A DNA stretch of 64,000 nt, taken from IMG/VR virus record IMGVR_UViG_3300021197_001080. One strand, written 5' to 3'. This DNA is from an uncultured virus (IMG/VR IMGVR_UViG_3300021197_001080) (taxonomy: Duplodnaviria > Heunggongvirae > Uroviricota > Caudoviricetes). This document shows positions 27,729-36,810 of this stretch, one piece after another; position 1 is the first letter of the stretch, and each line of letters starts with the position of its first letter. Under the pieces are notes generated by a model, which did not search any database, was not told the origin of the DNA, and was given only the letters and a program-made list of their open reading frames with translations. Both the position numbers and the translations under genes were made by a program.

Positions 27729-28019
27729 ATGTGGAAAAATATTCTTAAAAGCACATATTCTTGGATTTCTAAAGATAAAATAAGCGACGGAGAAGCAGAA
27801 TTGGTTGATGGCGAATATGGAATTTATTGGCAAATTAATCAATTTGGCTTAGAAAAGGGATATAGAAATAAAGGCTTAGGTGAAAAATACCTAAGAGAAT
27901 TTATTGGCTATTTAGAAAGTAAATTTGAAACTAACGATATTCCCTTAGTTCACATGCCTGTAGGTGAAGCAATTACTTTTTGGGAACGCATGGAAGGAAA
28001 GGGACTAGTGATTATTTAA
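27729..28019 (+). CDS. minimal GNAT-like protein with W-tag (MWKNILKS...)
   Basis: YRNKGLG acetyl-CoA motif and AITFWERM; visibly more AT-rich than its neighbours. Confidence 0.65.
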   Translation: MWKNILKSTYSWISKDKISDGEAELVDGEYGIYWQINQFGLEKGYRNKGLGEKYLREFIGYLESKFETNDIPLVHMPVGEAITFWERMEGKGLVII

Positions 28020-28681
28020 TGTCATTACTAACAGGCTTTGCAGTTGTTTTAACCGAAGCGGTCCTAGCAGTCTACAAAAAAATACATGCGATTAACTTTG
28101 GTGTTTACGGTGCAACGATGGTTGGTAAAACAACTCTCTCACACCAACTCACTACTAGAGGAGAAGTTCACCAAATCAACGAGAGAACCGTGGGCTTACA
28201 CAGAGCGACTAGGAAAGCCATCAAAATTGATGGGGCTACGCATACCGTCAAAAGTTCGGACATTGGTGGAGAAGCAATATACTGGAAAGAATGGGTTAAG
28301 GATATGCAATTGCGGAAGGTGAAATATGTTATCTTCATGATTGACCATCGCCACCTAGACAACGCTTCCAATCTTGACCACCAAGTCGCTTGGAAGTTTC
28401 TTGTTGATACGGTTTGTTCTAGCGTTTGGCCAACCGGCAAAAAAAAGAAAGAAGCAGACTATCCTATGGCCGTAGGGATTTGGGCGAACAAATACGACAT
28501 TTGGGGAGAGAAGCACAAATCTGATAAAGAAATAGATAGCCATGAAATATTTGAACCGTTCAAGTATGGTATGAGAAAACTCAATGAGAAAGGCATACCT
28601 TGTTACAAGTATATTGTTTCAGCAAAGTCTGACCCCGAAATGGTCTACCGTGGGGTCATGACAATGATTAGAGACTATTGA
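28019..28681 (+). CDS. Arf/Sar1-like small GTPase
   Basis: G1 GATMVGKTT, G2 RTVG, G3 DIGGE, VIFMID, G4 ANKYD, G5 SAK; N-terminal amphipathic/hydrophobic helix. Confidence 0.85.
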   Translation: MSLLTGFAVVLTEAVLAVYKKIHAINFGVYGATMVGKTTLSHQLTTRGEVHQINERTVGLHRATRKAIKIDGATHTVKSSDIGGEAIYWKEWVKDMQLRKVKYVIFMIDHRHLDNASNLDHQVAWKFLVDTVCSSVWPTGKKKKEADYPMAVGIWANKYDIWGEKHKSDKEIDSHEIFEPFKYGMRKLNEKGIPCYKYIVSAKSDPEMVYRGVMTMIRDY

Positions 28682-28692
28682 GGTGAAAAAAA

Positions 28693-29409
28693 ATGTATCG
28701 GCAACCGAATATTATAGGCCAGCAACAGTACCAGCAACCTGTAGGTTTTCAGAATCCACAGGGGCCAGCAGTAGTGAATGCTTTCCTTCCAAAATTGCAA
28801 AGGGCAAGAAGCGCAGGTATCATTGAAGAATACATTTACGATGAACAGAAGCCAAAAAAGAGGCTTAAAGAAATCAACAAAGTCCTCATGCCCGAAAAGA
28901 AAAAGTTTCTGTTTATCAAGTACGGGAAGAAATTCAATCTAAAGGATAGGTGCATTGTGTGTGGCTCCCATCACTTTTGGGAACAAGGCGATACGCTTCG
29001 CCCACCAATCCCTCTAACAGAAGTTACCAAGGGAAGACCAATGCGAGGGACTTACTGCCCTAAACACGCTTCAACATTTATGCAAATGGAGATGTTGGAA
29101 CAACAAGTTCTAGCCGAAGAACATGGTTTGGAATTTAAAGCCTTTAAGCCTAGAATGCCTAAAGTTCTAAAAGGTGGCCCTATCAACAACCTTAACAAAG
29201 CAGATGTTATGGCTTTGACTGCGGCAGGTTGGTTTGTAAAGCCGCCCACGATTTCAACGATGGAAACGGCAACACAAGAAGCATACCGCATAGTGAACGA
29301 AATCAACATTTTAACAGAACAATTAAACTACTTGATGGTACACAAAGGAGTTGAAGCACATGGCAGTAAGCAACAAGAACTTTACACAGGCGATAACACA
29401 ACAGAATGA
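28693..29409 (+). CDS. Zn-finger protein with Q-rich N-terminus
   Basis: CIVC...CPKH; GAGGTGA SD. Confidence 0.7.
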   Translation: MYRQPNIIGQQQYQQPVGFQNPQGPAVVNAFLPKLQRARSAGIIEEYIYDEQKPKKRLKEINKVLMPEKKKFLFIKYGKKFNLKDRCIVCGSHHFWEQGDTLRPPIPLTEVTKGRPMRGTYCPKHASTFMQMEMLEQQVLAEEHGLEFKAFKPRMPKVLKGGPINNLNKADVMALTAAGWFVKPPTISTMETATQEAYRIVNEINILTEQLNYLMVHKGVEAHGSKQQELYTGDNTTE

Positions 29410-30001
29410 TTCTACATTTAAGACGGTCAACAACCTCTTGTCTCTACAGGATAACCATGTTGAGGAGTTCCTTCAATATCATGGTGAAGCCTTTCTCTCT
29501 ACTCTTGAGAAACTAATGGAAGATGTTACCAAGAGAACTGTTTCTCAAATGCTGATGAAACTGGCCTTCATTCAAGATGCTGGTAATATAAAGGTTAATC
29601 CGGACTCATTGAGGGAATACGATAGAATTACCCAAGAGAATATTGACTTGGATATTTCAAATATTCTTAGTCAGTCTTTGAACCAAGAAGTCATCAATCA
29701 AAGAAAAATGGCAAAACAACAATATGTTGAATCCCAAGGCTTTGGAAACCCAATGGGTTCCCAAGGTGTTCAGCAGGCTCAAGGCCAATACGGTCAAGCC
29801 CAACAAGCATATGGGCAAGGAGTCGCCGCCACTCAAAACGGAAGCGGCTATCCAGTTCCTCCAGCAGGACAAGATGGCTATGGGAGACCATACTGGATTG
29901 ACCCTCAAACTGGACAAATGAGTTATGACCCTCCTTCTGCCGGTCTTGGTCTAACCTCTAAGTTGCAGAAAGGTGCGGCTTGGGCCAAGTGGTTAATGTG
30001 A
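29360..30001 (+). CDS. helical protein with Q/G/P-rich low-complexity tail and amphipathic C-terminus
   Basis: QQAQGQYGQAQQAYGQG segment; ends KLQKGAAWAKWLM. Confidence 0.7.
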   Translation: MAVSNKNFTQAITQQNDSTFKTVNNLLSLQDNHVEEFLQYHGEAFLSTLEKLMEDVTKRTVSQMLMKLAFIQDAGNIKVNPDSLREYDRITQENIDLDISNILSQSLNQEVINQRKMAKQQYVESQGFGNPMGSQGVQQAQGQYGQAQQAYGQGVAATQNGSGYPVPPAGQDGYGRPYWIDPQTGQMSYDPPSAGLGLTSKLQKGAAWAKWLM

Positions 30002-30010
30002 GGCGATTAG

Positions 30011-31966
30011 ATGGGAATTCAAATCTTGTGGGATGGCAATAATTTAGATATGTCAAATTCCGCTAGGCTTTTGAAAGACCAAATGCTTGCCTTCGTACAA
30101 GGAATGGATAGAGAGTTCGTCAAAAATCTTGACGATGCCGAAGAAGAATTCTATACTAACGAACAGTACCCGATAGAAGACAAGGCTAAGATGCGTGATA
30201 AGTTTAACGACTTTGTTAAGGAAATTTTGAAGCAAGACCTATCCGGTTTTTTGGCCGCTTTGCCGGAAAATAAATTTGGACGGCTCAAAGAAACTATTGA
30301 AACTAAGCGAGGGAAAGAGGACCTTTCTCAAATGACTGTGGCTGATTTGTTTGATTCCGCTACTTTGAATAAACTCGCTGGGTTGGGTGCTTTCCAGTAT
30401 GGTAGGGGGATGGAGGGTGTTCCAAAGTTTGACTTCTTCAATTCCGAATTGAACAGTCCTCGCCTCAAAGTTGATGTTATGGTTGAGGAAGATAGTAGTG
30501 GTAAAAAGTCAACCTTCAAACTCACAACCAAGAAGGAAGACCACCATGTTATTCTACAATACCCGAAAGAGCAGAATCTAAATGTAATTCGTGATGCTAA
30601 GGTAGAGCACCTAGAAAAGCATGGTGTTTATAATCCGAGCATGAAGGTAATGAATAATACCTCAACTCTTGAGTCCGGAAAACTGATGCTACAAATCAGT
30701 TCAAATGTTCTTGATAGAGTGCTACGGGGCAATTCTTTAATTCGTGATGCTAGAATTAAAGAAGTTGAGATTTTAGAAGATGGGGTGTCCACCAAAGGAG
30801 TAGGAGAGCCTTCTAGAACTCCTAATGGGTATGAACTGGCGCAGATTGCTGAAAGGGTAGCGGATTTGATTAATGACCCAAATCGCAGAAGCATGGATAG
30901 CGTCATTGAGATTGATGGGAAAACATACCGAATAGAACTTGGCAAACTTGGAAGGTTTGAAATTAGCAATCTCATAGAAGGCGATATTGAAGCCCTAATA
31001 GCACAAAATGAAAGAAAGTTCAAAATGGCTCTAAAGCCTGTTTTGGATGAACCCACCATTGTTGCTTCGGGCATGGTTGAGTTGGACTTGGTTACTACGA
31101 TTACGGATAGCATCGGTCAATCCCTCAAGGGAGCAGAAGACGCAGTTGTCATGGTTGATGGTAGAAGAAGACCAGTTCCCAAAAAAGAAGAACAACGAAT
31201 TGCTTTCTTTGATAGGCTGGCTGAGGAAGTTGGTAATTTCCAAATTATCAAACCAAGGCCGGAAGACATGACGGATGAAGAGTTTGGGCAGTTGTTTGAT
31301 GAGTTTGTTGCTGAACAAAGTAAAGAAATCAACAGGCTCAAGAAAGAGGCTAAGAGGTTTAAAACATTTAGAACCAAACTGGATAAAGAACTTGGCCCGG
31401 AATATGAAAGACTTAGGGAAGAGTTGAACAATTCTAGAAAGGAAAGAAATGACCTTAAATCTAAGAAAGAGTTGGATGAAAAGGAAAAATCCAGAATAAA
31501 AAACCTAGACATACTAATTTCTCAAAATGAAAAGGAAATGAAAGAGTCTCTAGAAGCCAAAAGAGTAGTTATGGATGGAATAGAGAGAATTGAGAAGGCT
31601 ATGGCTTCTACTAAACAATCTCTTGAAAGGGTAAAGGCTTTGTTCAAAGAAGGGAAATTTACTGTTGTAGAAAATATTATTTCCGACCCCCAAGAAAAAA
31701 CCGCTGAGTTTGAGGTTACTCAGTCATCGTCACTAGGAGGAACGAAAGCCCGCACTACCGCCCGCCAACTCGCTTCTTTCTCTAAGATGCTTGAAGAGGG
31801 TATTCCTGTCATTTACAAGGTTAAAGTAGAGCAACTTGGTGAGTTTGACTTGAACCCATACAAGTATAAGCGTGGTAGTCCAAAGTCATTTGACAAAGAG
31901 ATTCTTCAACAACTTAGAGGGCTTGTTTTGAAGATTAAAAGAATCCAAAGAGAGATTAGAGGGTGA
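30011..31966 (+). CDS. hypothetical protein with internal coiled coil
   Basis: 651-aa ORF. Confidence 0.7.
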   Translation: MGIQILWDGNNLDMSNSARLLKDQMLAFVQGMDREFVKNLDDAEEEFYTNEQYPIEDKAKMRDKFNDFVKEILKQDLSGFLAALPENKFGRLKETIETKRGKEDLSQMTVADLFDSATLNKLAGLGAFQYGRGMEGVPKFDFFNSELNSPRLKVDVMVEEDSSGKKSTFKLTTKKEDHHVILQYPKEQNLNVIRDAKVEHLEKHGVYNPSMKVMNNTSTLESGKLMLQISSNVLDRVLRGNSLIRDARIKEVEILEDGVSTKGVGEPSRTPNGYELAQIAERVADLINDPNRRSMDSVIEIDGKTYRIELGKLGRFEISNLIEGDIEALIAQNERKFKMALKPVLDEPTIVASGMVELDLVTTITDSIGQSLKGAEDAVVMVDGRRRPVPKKEEQRIAFFDRLAEEVGNFQIIKPRPEDMTDEEFGQLFDEFVAEQSKEINRLKKEAKRFKTFRTKLDKELGPEYERLREELNNSRKERNDLKSKKELDEKEKSRIKNLDILISQNEKEMKESLEAKRVVMDGIERIEKAMASTKQSLERVKALFKEGKFTVVENIISDPQEKTAEFEVTQSSSLGGTKARTTARQLASFSKMLEEGIPVIYKVKVEQLGEFDLNPYKYKRGSPKSFDKEILQQLRGLVLKIKRIQREIRG

Positions 31967-33288
31967 GCATATTGTCAGTCTCCTCATCACCAAGCGACTA
32001 CACCAAGACTACAAATGGTGTAGACTATACTCTTGGCTATGGCTACTATACAGATATTCTAGCAGTTGCCGACTTGTTGCAGATTCCGGACTTTACTGCA
32101 TCAACCAATCCTACTGCTGAACAGGTTGGTTCTATTATCAAGAGAGTAGAGGGAACCGTTGACGATAAAGCAAAGCGTTCTTTTAGACCAATCATTCACA
32201 AAAATGAAGTTCACAACTTTGAAATTAGCAGGCCTGCTAACAAAGCATACTATGGTGGCTACATTGGCTTTGTCCAACTTAGCACCCGCAAACTCAGCAA
32301 AGTTGTTTCTCTAAGGGTTTGGCAGGGCGACTCATACAAGGAGATTGCATCGGCTCATGGTTCTATTCAACTTCTTGATAATTTTAGGGACATCCATGAG
32401 ATTAAACTCAGACTGCCTAATTCCGGTACGGAATTTACCATGACTTCAGAAAATGGTGGGGCAGTTTCCAACTCGGAATTTGATGTAACATTGGGTAAGA
32501 AAACCACGGCAAAGGAAATCCAATACTGCATCAATGAATTGTTTCCAGCAGATACCTTTCAATTTACGGGGGCTACTCAACCAAAAAGCATTCACACCAA
32601 TAGTAAGCACATTTCCGATTTCTTCTATGCTTATTCGGATGACGCCACTTCAACCAAGATACAGGTTTCGTCTCTTTTGATGGGGGAAGATGGGTCGGAT
32701 TGTGACATTATCATTACAACGCAACAATCAATCACGCATACAAACTTAAGCACTAACCTTGTAGTGGCTGATTCATCTAAGTTGGTTGTTGGTATGGGGA
32801 TTGAGGACAGTAATAATCATATCCCAAGCGGAACAACAATTACTGCTATCGTTGATTCAACGAATATTACAATGAGTCAAGCCGCTACAAATACTGGTTC
32901 AGGCACAGCAACATTTACTGCTACGAACTTGAGTGTTCCAACTATTGCCACAGTAGAGCAGTTTACTGACAAGCAAGATATGAGAAGACTTGGTTCATTT
33001 TGGGCAATTGGTGATGAGGGTCGCATCTTCTTCTTGAAGGATTATCCTTATCATACCAATAACTCAGTTATTGTGACTTATGTTGCTGGGAGCAGTAGGG
33101 TTCCTGCGGCTATTCATGAAGCGGCTACAAAACTTGTGTCTGCTGAGATTCTACGGCATGATGACCAAACTATTCTTATTGCTGAGACTGGGGCGAATAT
33201 TTCTACAAAAGAGAAGTATGATATTTTGCGAAAAGAAGCAATGGATATTTTGAATAGTAAATCCGACATTGTGTATTTCCTTGATTAG
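31963..33288 (+). CDS. head-tail adaptor-like protein with inserted beta domains
   Basis: N-terminal Y..ADLL..IIKRVEG.VD and C-terminal VTYVAG..VPAAIHEAA, typical of gp6/gp15-like adaptors; position fits. Confidence 0.6.
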   Translation: MSILSVSSSPSDYTKTTNGVDYTLGYGYYTDILAVADLLQIPDFTASTNPTAEQVGSIIKRVEGTVDDKAKRSFRPIIHKNEVHNFEISRPANKAYYGGYIGFVQLSTRKLSKVVSLRVWQGDSYKEIASAHGSIQLLDNFRDIHEIKLRLPNSGTEFTMTSENGGAVSNSEFDVTLGKKTTAKEIQYCINELFPADTFQFTGATQPKSIHTNSKHISDFFYAYSDDATSTKIQVSSLLMGEDGSDCDIIITTQQSITHTNLSTNLVVADSSKLVVGMGIEDSNNHIPSGTTITAIVDSTNITMSQAATNTGSGTATFTATNLSVPTIATVEQFTDKQDMRRLGSFWAIGDEGRIFFLKDYPYHTNNSVIVTYVAGSSRVPAAIHEAATKLVSAEILRHDDQTILIAETGANISTKEKYDILRKEAMDILNSKSDIVYFLD

Positions 33289-33289
33289 T

Positions 33290-33532
33290 ATGTCTAGAAA
33301 ACAATTTCTTGAGGCCTTTAAGCAAGTTAGAGGTGTTGATGTTTCTAAGATTCAAAAAATTCTAAATGTTCATGAAGAACGACAAAGAGCAATGGCTGAA
33401 CTTTCTGCAATCCTAGGCCAAGATGTGACCTTTAGCAATGATGAGTTGCTTCAAAATGTAGCAGACCAATATGCCTTAGAAGTTTTAAACGAGATGGAAT
33501 CTAAGATGGAGAAGGTGTTCGCAAATGGATGA
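33290..33532 (+). CDS. hypothetical protein
   Basis: ATG 33290 (MSRKQFLE...) immediately after the adaptor stop. Confidence 0.55.
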   Translation: MSRKQFLEAFKQVRGVDVSKIQKILNVHEERQRAMAELSAILGQDVTFSNDELLQNVADQYALEVLNEMESKMEKVFANG

Positions 33533-34034
33533 AGTGAGTTTGCTTATTGACTTGGTTTCTACTAATTGGTCTTCCTCCGCCACCACTCTTGTTAGTGAGG
33601 GTAAGGTGACTGCTGACCATGTAACTACTCCCAATTTTGTAGATGTTAGAACCTTAGAAAGAGGCAGGGGTGTTCGCTATGACTTGTCCTCTAAAGATGT
33701 GATTGTTTTCTTTGAAGACAATCAAAATATCAGTTACCCAACAGTTGGTTATGATATTCGTGATGAAGCCTATTCATTCACTATGCACATTCGCACGGTC
33801 CAAGACGAAAGAGCAGGGACAGATGGAAATTTTGGAAAAGACAGGCTAAGGGCTTTATACCTGATAGCCCGTCACGCAATTGAGCGTAGTAGGAGAGGCT
33901 ATACCGCAAGTGATGGTTCGTGTTTCAGTCAACTGTTTGTTGGGAACAGAAGCGAATCAAATGACCGAGCGAAAAGACTCTTTGGCTATAAGGTTACAGT
34001 AGAAGCCAAGAGATTTGCAGTTTCAGTCCCATAA
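33525..34034 (+). CDS. putative tail terminator/neck protein
   Basis: 169 aa immediately before the tail tube; assigned mainly by position. Confidence 0.5.
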   Translation: MDEVSLLIDLVSTNWSSSATTLVSEGKVTADHVTTPNFVDVRTLERGRGVRYDLSSKDVIVFFEDNQNISYPTVGYDIRDEAYSFTMHIRTVQDERAGTDGNFGKDRLRALYLIARHAIERSRRGYTASDGSCFSQLFVGNRSESNDRAKRLFGYKVTVEAKRFAVSVP

Positions 34035-34061
34035 TTTGTTTGTTTGTGAGAGGGAAAGAAG

Positions 34062-36035
34062 ATGAGTGGAGATACAGGAGACATATTCGTAGGAAGCGGA
34101 GCGAGCATTACATTCGTTCCAGAAAATGACATTTACTTTCCGTCTACAAAGAACCCAAGCGGGGCTTTTGATGATACTTCTATTGGAATTATTAAAGCCA
34201 GCAGTGCTTTTAGCGCAGTCTTTGATTTGGTCAATAACATTTACATCGGTTGCATTATTGAAAGATACAGTAGCGGGAATGCTTTGCAAGACTCTGCAAG
34301 AATTACTGGCAATACTGTTGATACCATTTCATTCACCCCTAATCTTTCTCCAGCAAGTGGCGACTACTTTGTGATTAAGCAATACGGTGCGCCTGTTCCA
34401 GCACCAAAGGCTAGCATTGGTGGAACAAGCCATACTGCCGCAGTCACTACTGTAACCTTCAATTCGGATGTAAAAACCGACTATGACGACACCGCAGTTG
34501 TTTTGCAGGTTCTCCCAAGTGAAGGGGGAACTGCTGGTGATTCAGCAGTCTTCATTGACCATGACGCCACCGCATCTTATACTGGTGGCGTTACCCCTGT
34601 TCAAGAAGCAGATATTTCTCCAGCGGCCAATAACACTAGAGAAGAATACGCTACTATCTTTACTGCGGCAGTTAACGCTCTATCCAATGTTTCTGCTACA
34701 AGAAGTGGAGCAGTCGTTACCATTACAAACACTCATGCAGGAACTACTACTGCTACGACTCATACCGGTTTGAGCGGCTCTGCTTCTACTGATACTGGCA
34801 TTACTCTCTCAAATACCGTTGGGACCACTACGAGTGCAACCAACGCAAAAGCCCTCCTTGCTGATGAATGGCTTGGTTTGGTTGAGAGCATTACTTTCCC
34901 CACAACTGAGGTTCAAATGCAACAAGTCAACCTAGCCCTTGGTGGTTCTAGAAACTACACTTACCAATACAAAGGAATTGAAACTGCTACGGGAGCAAGC
35001 ATGAATCTCGTTGCTAACCATGCCGCTTGGCTTTACTACTTCTTTGGCCGATGCACAGGAGTTAGTGCTACAACTGTGGCAGACGCAATTAGCGATAACC
35101 TTGTTGCTCCTACATCCGGTGCTATTTACATTGATGATGGTTCTGTTACTGAGACCGGCCCAATCTTCTACCGTTCTGTTGGAACAGACCTTTGCCCACC
35201 AATTGCTCCTCACTTGGACACTATTGGAAATATGGACAAGTTGACCACTCCAACCGTTTCTAGTGGAAGCATCGCTGATGGAATCACCTACACCTTTGCC
35301 GAACAAAACGGAGACCTCCTCCCATCTTTCTCTCTTGAGCAAGTGTTCAGCAAGTTGCCTTCAAGCAACACCTACAGAACCACTACCACTACTCTTGAAG
35401 ATACAAACTTCGTTAAAATCGCTAGAGGTAACAGAGTTAATGACATGACCATTACTGCTAACGAGAATGAAGAGATTAAGATGACCATGAGCATGAACAC
35501 TAGAACGGTTCACGCTTTGGAAACCGATGAGGTCTATGATGCTAGAAGAGGCGTTACGGATGAAACGAGTTTCTTCAACTATGATTCGGAAGCCAAGTTT
35601 AGAGAACCCTTCTTCTTCTCTAGTGGCTACTTCAAAGCATTCGGTGTTACCTTCATGAAGATTAACTCCATCACTTTGACCATGAACAACAACCTTACCG
35701 AAAGAAGATTTATTGGAGTTGGAAACAAGTCTATCCAAGAAGGTATTCCTGCACAAAGAACTTACGAGTTGCAATTCACTGGGCATGTTGTTGACGACAG
35801 GCTCTACCAAGAGTTGCTGAATCAAGATGAGAACAACGATAGCGCACAACTAGTTGAGTTGAATTTCTCTAAGCCAAATGGTGAAGAGTTTACTTTGAAG
35901 TTCACGGATTACATGGTCAGCGCAAACAACTTCCCACTACCCGATGACAAAGGGCCAGTCGTCGTTGAAGCAACTGTGATGCCAAGAACTTTGGACACCT
36001 GTACGGTCACGACTCACTGGGTTTTGCAGGGGTGA
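34062..36035 (+). CDS. major tail tube protein with extra N-terminal/inserted domains
   Basis: SFSLEQ, ITLTMNNNL..R and RTYELQFT patterns of siphoviral tube proteins; precedes chaperone and TMP. Confidence 0.7.
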   Translation: MSGDTGDIFVGSGASITFVPENDIYFPSTKNPSGAFDDTSIGIIKASSAFSAVFDLVNNIYIGCIIERYSSGNALQDSARITGNTVDTISFTPNLSPASGDYFVIKQYGAPVPAPKASIGGTSHTAAVTTVTFNSDVKTDYDDTAVVLQVLPSEGGTAGDSAVFIDHDATASYTGGVTPVQEADISPAANNTREEYATIFTAAVNALSNVSATRSGAVVTITNTHAGTTTATTHTGLSGSASTDTGITLSNTVGTTTSATNAKALLADEWLGLVESITFPTTEVQMQQVNLALGGSRNYTYQYKGIETATGASMNLVANHAAWLYYFFGRCTGVSATTVADAISDNLVAPTSGAIYIDDGSVTETGPIFYRSVGTDLCPPIAPHLDTIGNMDKLTTPTVSSGSIADGITYTFAEQNGDLLPSFSLEQVFSKLPSSNTYRTTTTTLEDTNFVKIARGNRVNDMTITANENEEIKMTMSMNTRTVHALETDEVYDARRGVTDETSFFNYDSEAKFREPFFFSSGYFKAFGVTFMKINSITLTMNNNLTERRFIGVGNKSIQEGIPAQRTYELQFTGHVVDDRLYQELLNQDENNDSAQLVELNFSKPNGEEFTLKFTDYMVSANNFPLPDDKGPVVVEATVMPRTLDTCTVTTHWVLQG

Positions 36036-36040
36036 TTTCT

Positions 36041-36190
36041 TTGCCTAGTCGTAGAGAGAAGAACCTCATGAGGGTCAAAGAGGCGGAAGTCCCCAAGAAG
36101 CCTGTTCCTAAAGAGAGAGGAAGACCCAAAAAGAAGGTTGTTGAAGAACAACCAAAGAAGGAGGTTGTTGAAGAACAATCAACTGAATAA
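36041..36190 (+). CDS. 49-aa protein with AT-hook-like KERGRPKK (not in ORF track)
   Basis: TTG start after GGGGTGA SD: MPSRREKNLMRVKEAEVPKKPVPKERGRPKKKVVEEQPKKEVVEEQSTE*. Confidence 0.55.
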   Translation: MPSRREKNLMRVKEAEVPKKPVPKERGRPKKKVVEEQPKKEVVEEQSTE

Positions 36191-36238
36191 TATTCCACCA
36201 ACACCGTTTGTATGTTTGTTGGTTTTTGAGGTGGAAAT

Positions 36239-36604
36239 ATGGAAAAGAAAATTGTAAGCAATAAGAGTGTGCTATTTGCACTAAACGAGCCTAAGTGTCA
36301 CTTTATCAAAGTGGCCGAAGATATAGACGAATACCTGAAGGTTTGGGTTAAAGAACCAACATGGCTAGAAGTTGACAAAGCCATGAATAGCGTCATGAAG
36401 ATTGATGCTAGAAGCCAAAATCTTGACCTTGATTTGAATGCGATGTATCGCTTCATGGTTGAAAATTTTGTTACCAAGACAGAACCACATCTGTCTACTA
36501 TTGATATTCTCCGTTTGAGTCCCTTTGTTGGGAATCAACTCAAGGAAGTTCTTCCGAATCCCTTTGAAGCATTTAACGAGGATGCGGAAAAAAACGACGA
36601 ATGA
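36239..36604 (+). CDS. tail assembly chaperone (gpG-like)
   Basis: Between tube and TMP; slippery heptamer near its 3' end. Confidence 0.7.
   Translation: MEKKIVSNKSVLFALNEPKCHFIKVAEDIDEYLKVWVKEPTWLEVDKAMNSVMKIDARSQNLDLDLNAMYRFMVENFVTKTEPHLSTIDILRLSPFVGNQLKEVLPNPFEAFNEDAEKNDE
36589..36595 (+). other. -1 programmed frameshift site A AAA AAC
   Basis: Canonical X XXY YYZ in the correct phase; the -1 frame is open into ORF 36601-36810. Confidence 0.7.
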
Positions 36605-36810
36605 GGGCGGCTTTGAAGGGCGGGAAAACAGAACCCGCTACAGTCTCCCTCATCATCACATATACTCTCGCAAAGGCTTTAGGGATAAGCCCTCTGCAAG
36701 TATATGAGATGCCCGCAAATTTAGTCATAGATATGCTGACAGTTCACAGAATCTTTGAAGAGATGAAAGCAGAAGAGATTGAGAAGGCTACCAAGAACAT
36801 GAAGAGGTGA
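36601..36810 (+). CDS. tail chaperone frameshift extension (gpT-like)
   Basis: -1 frame relative to the chaperone; LAKALGISPLQVYEMP pattern. Confidence 0.65.
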   Translation: MRAALKGGKTEPATVSLIITYTLAKALGISPLQVYEMPANLVIDMLTVHRIFEEMKAEEIEKATKNMKR

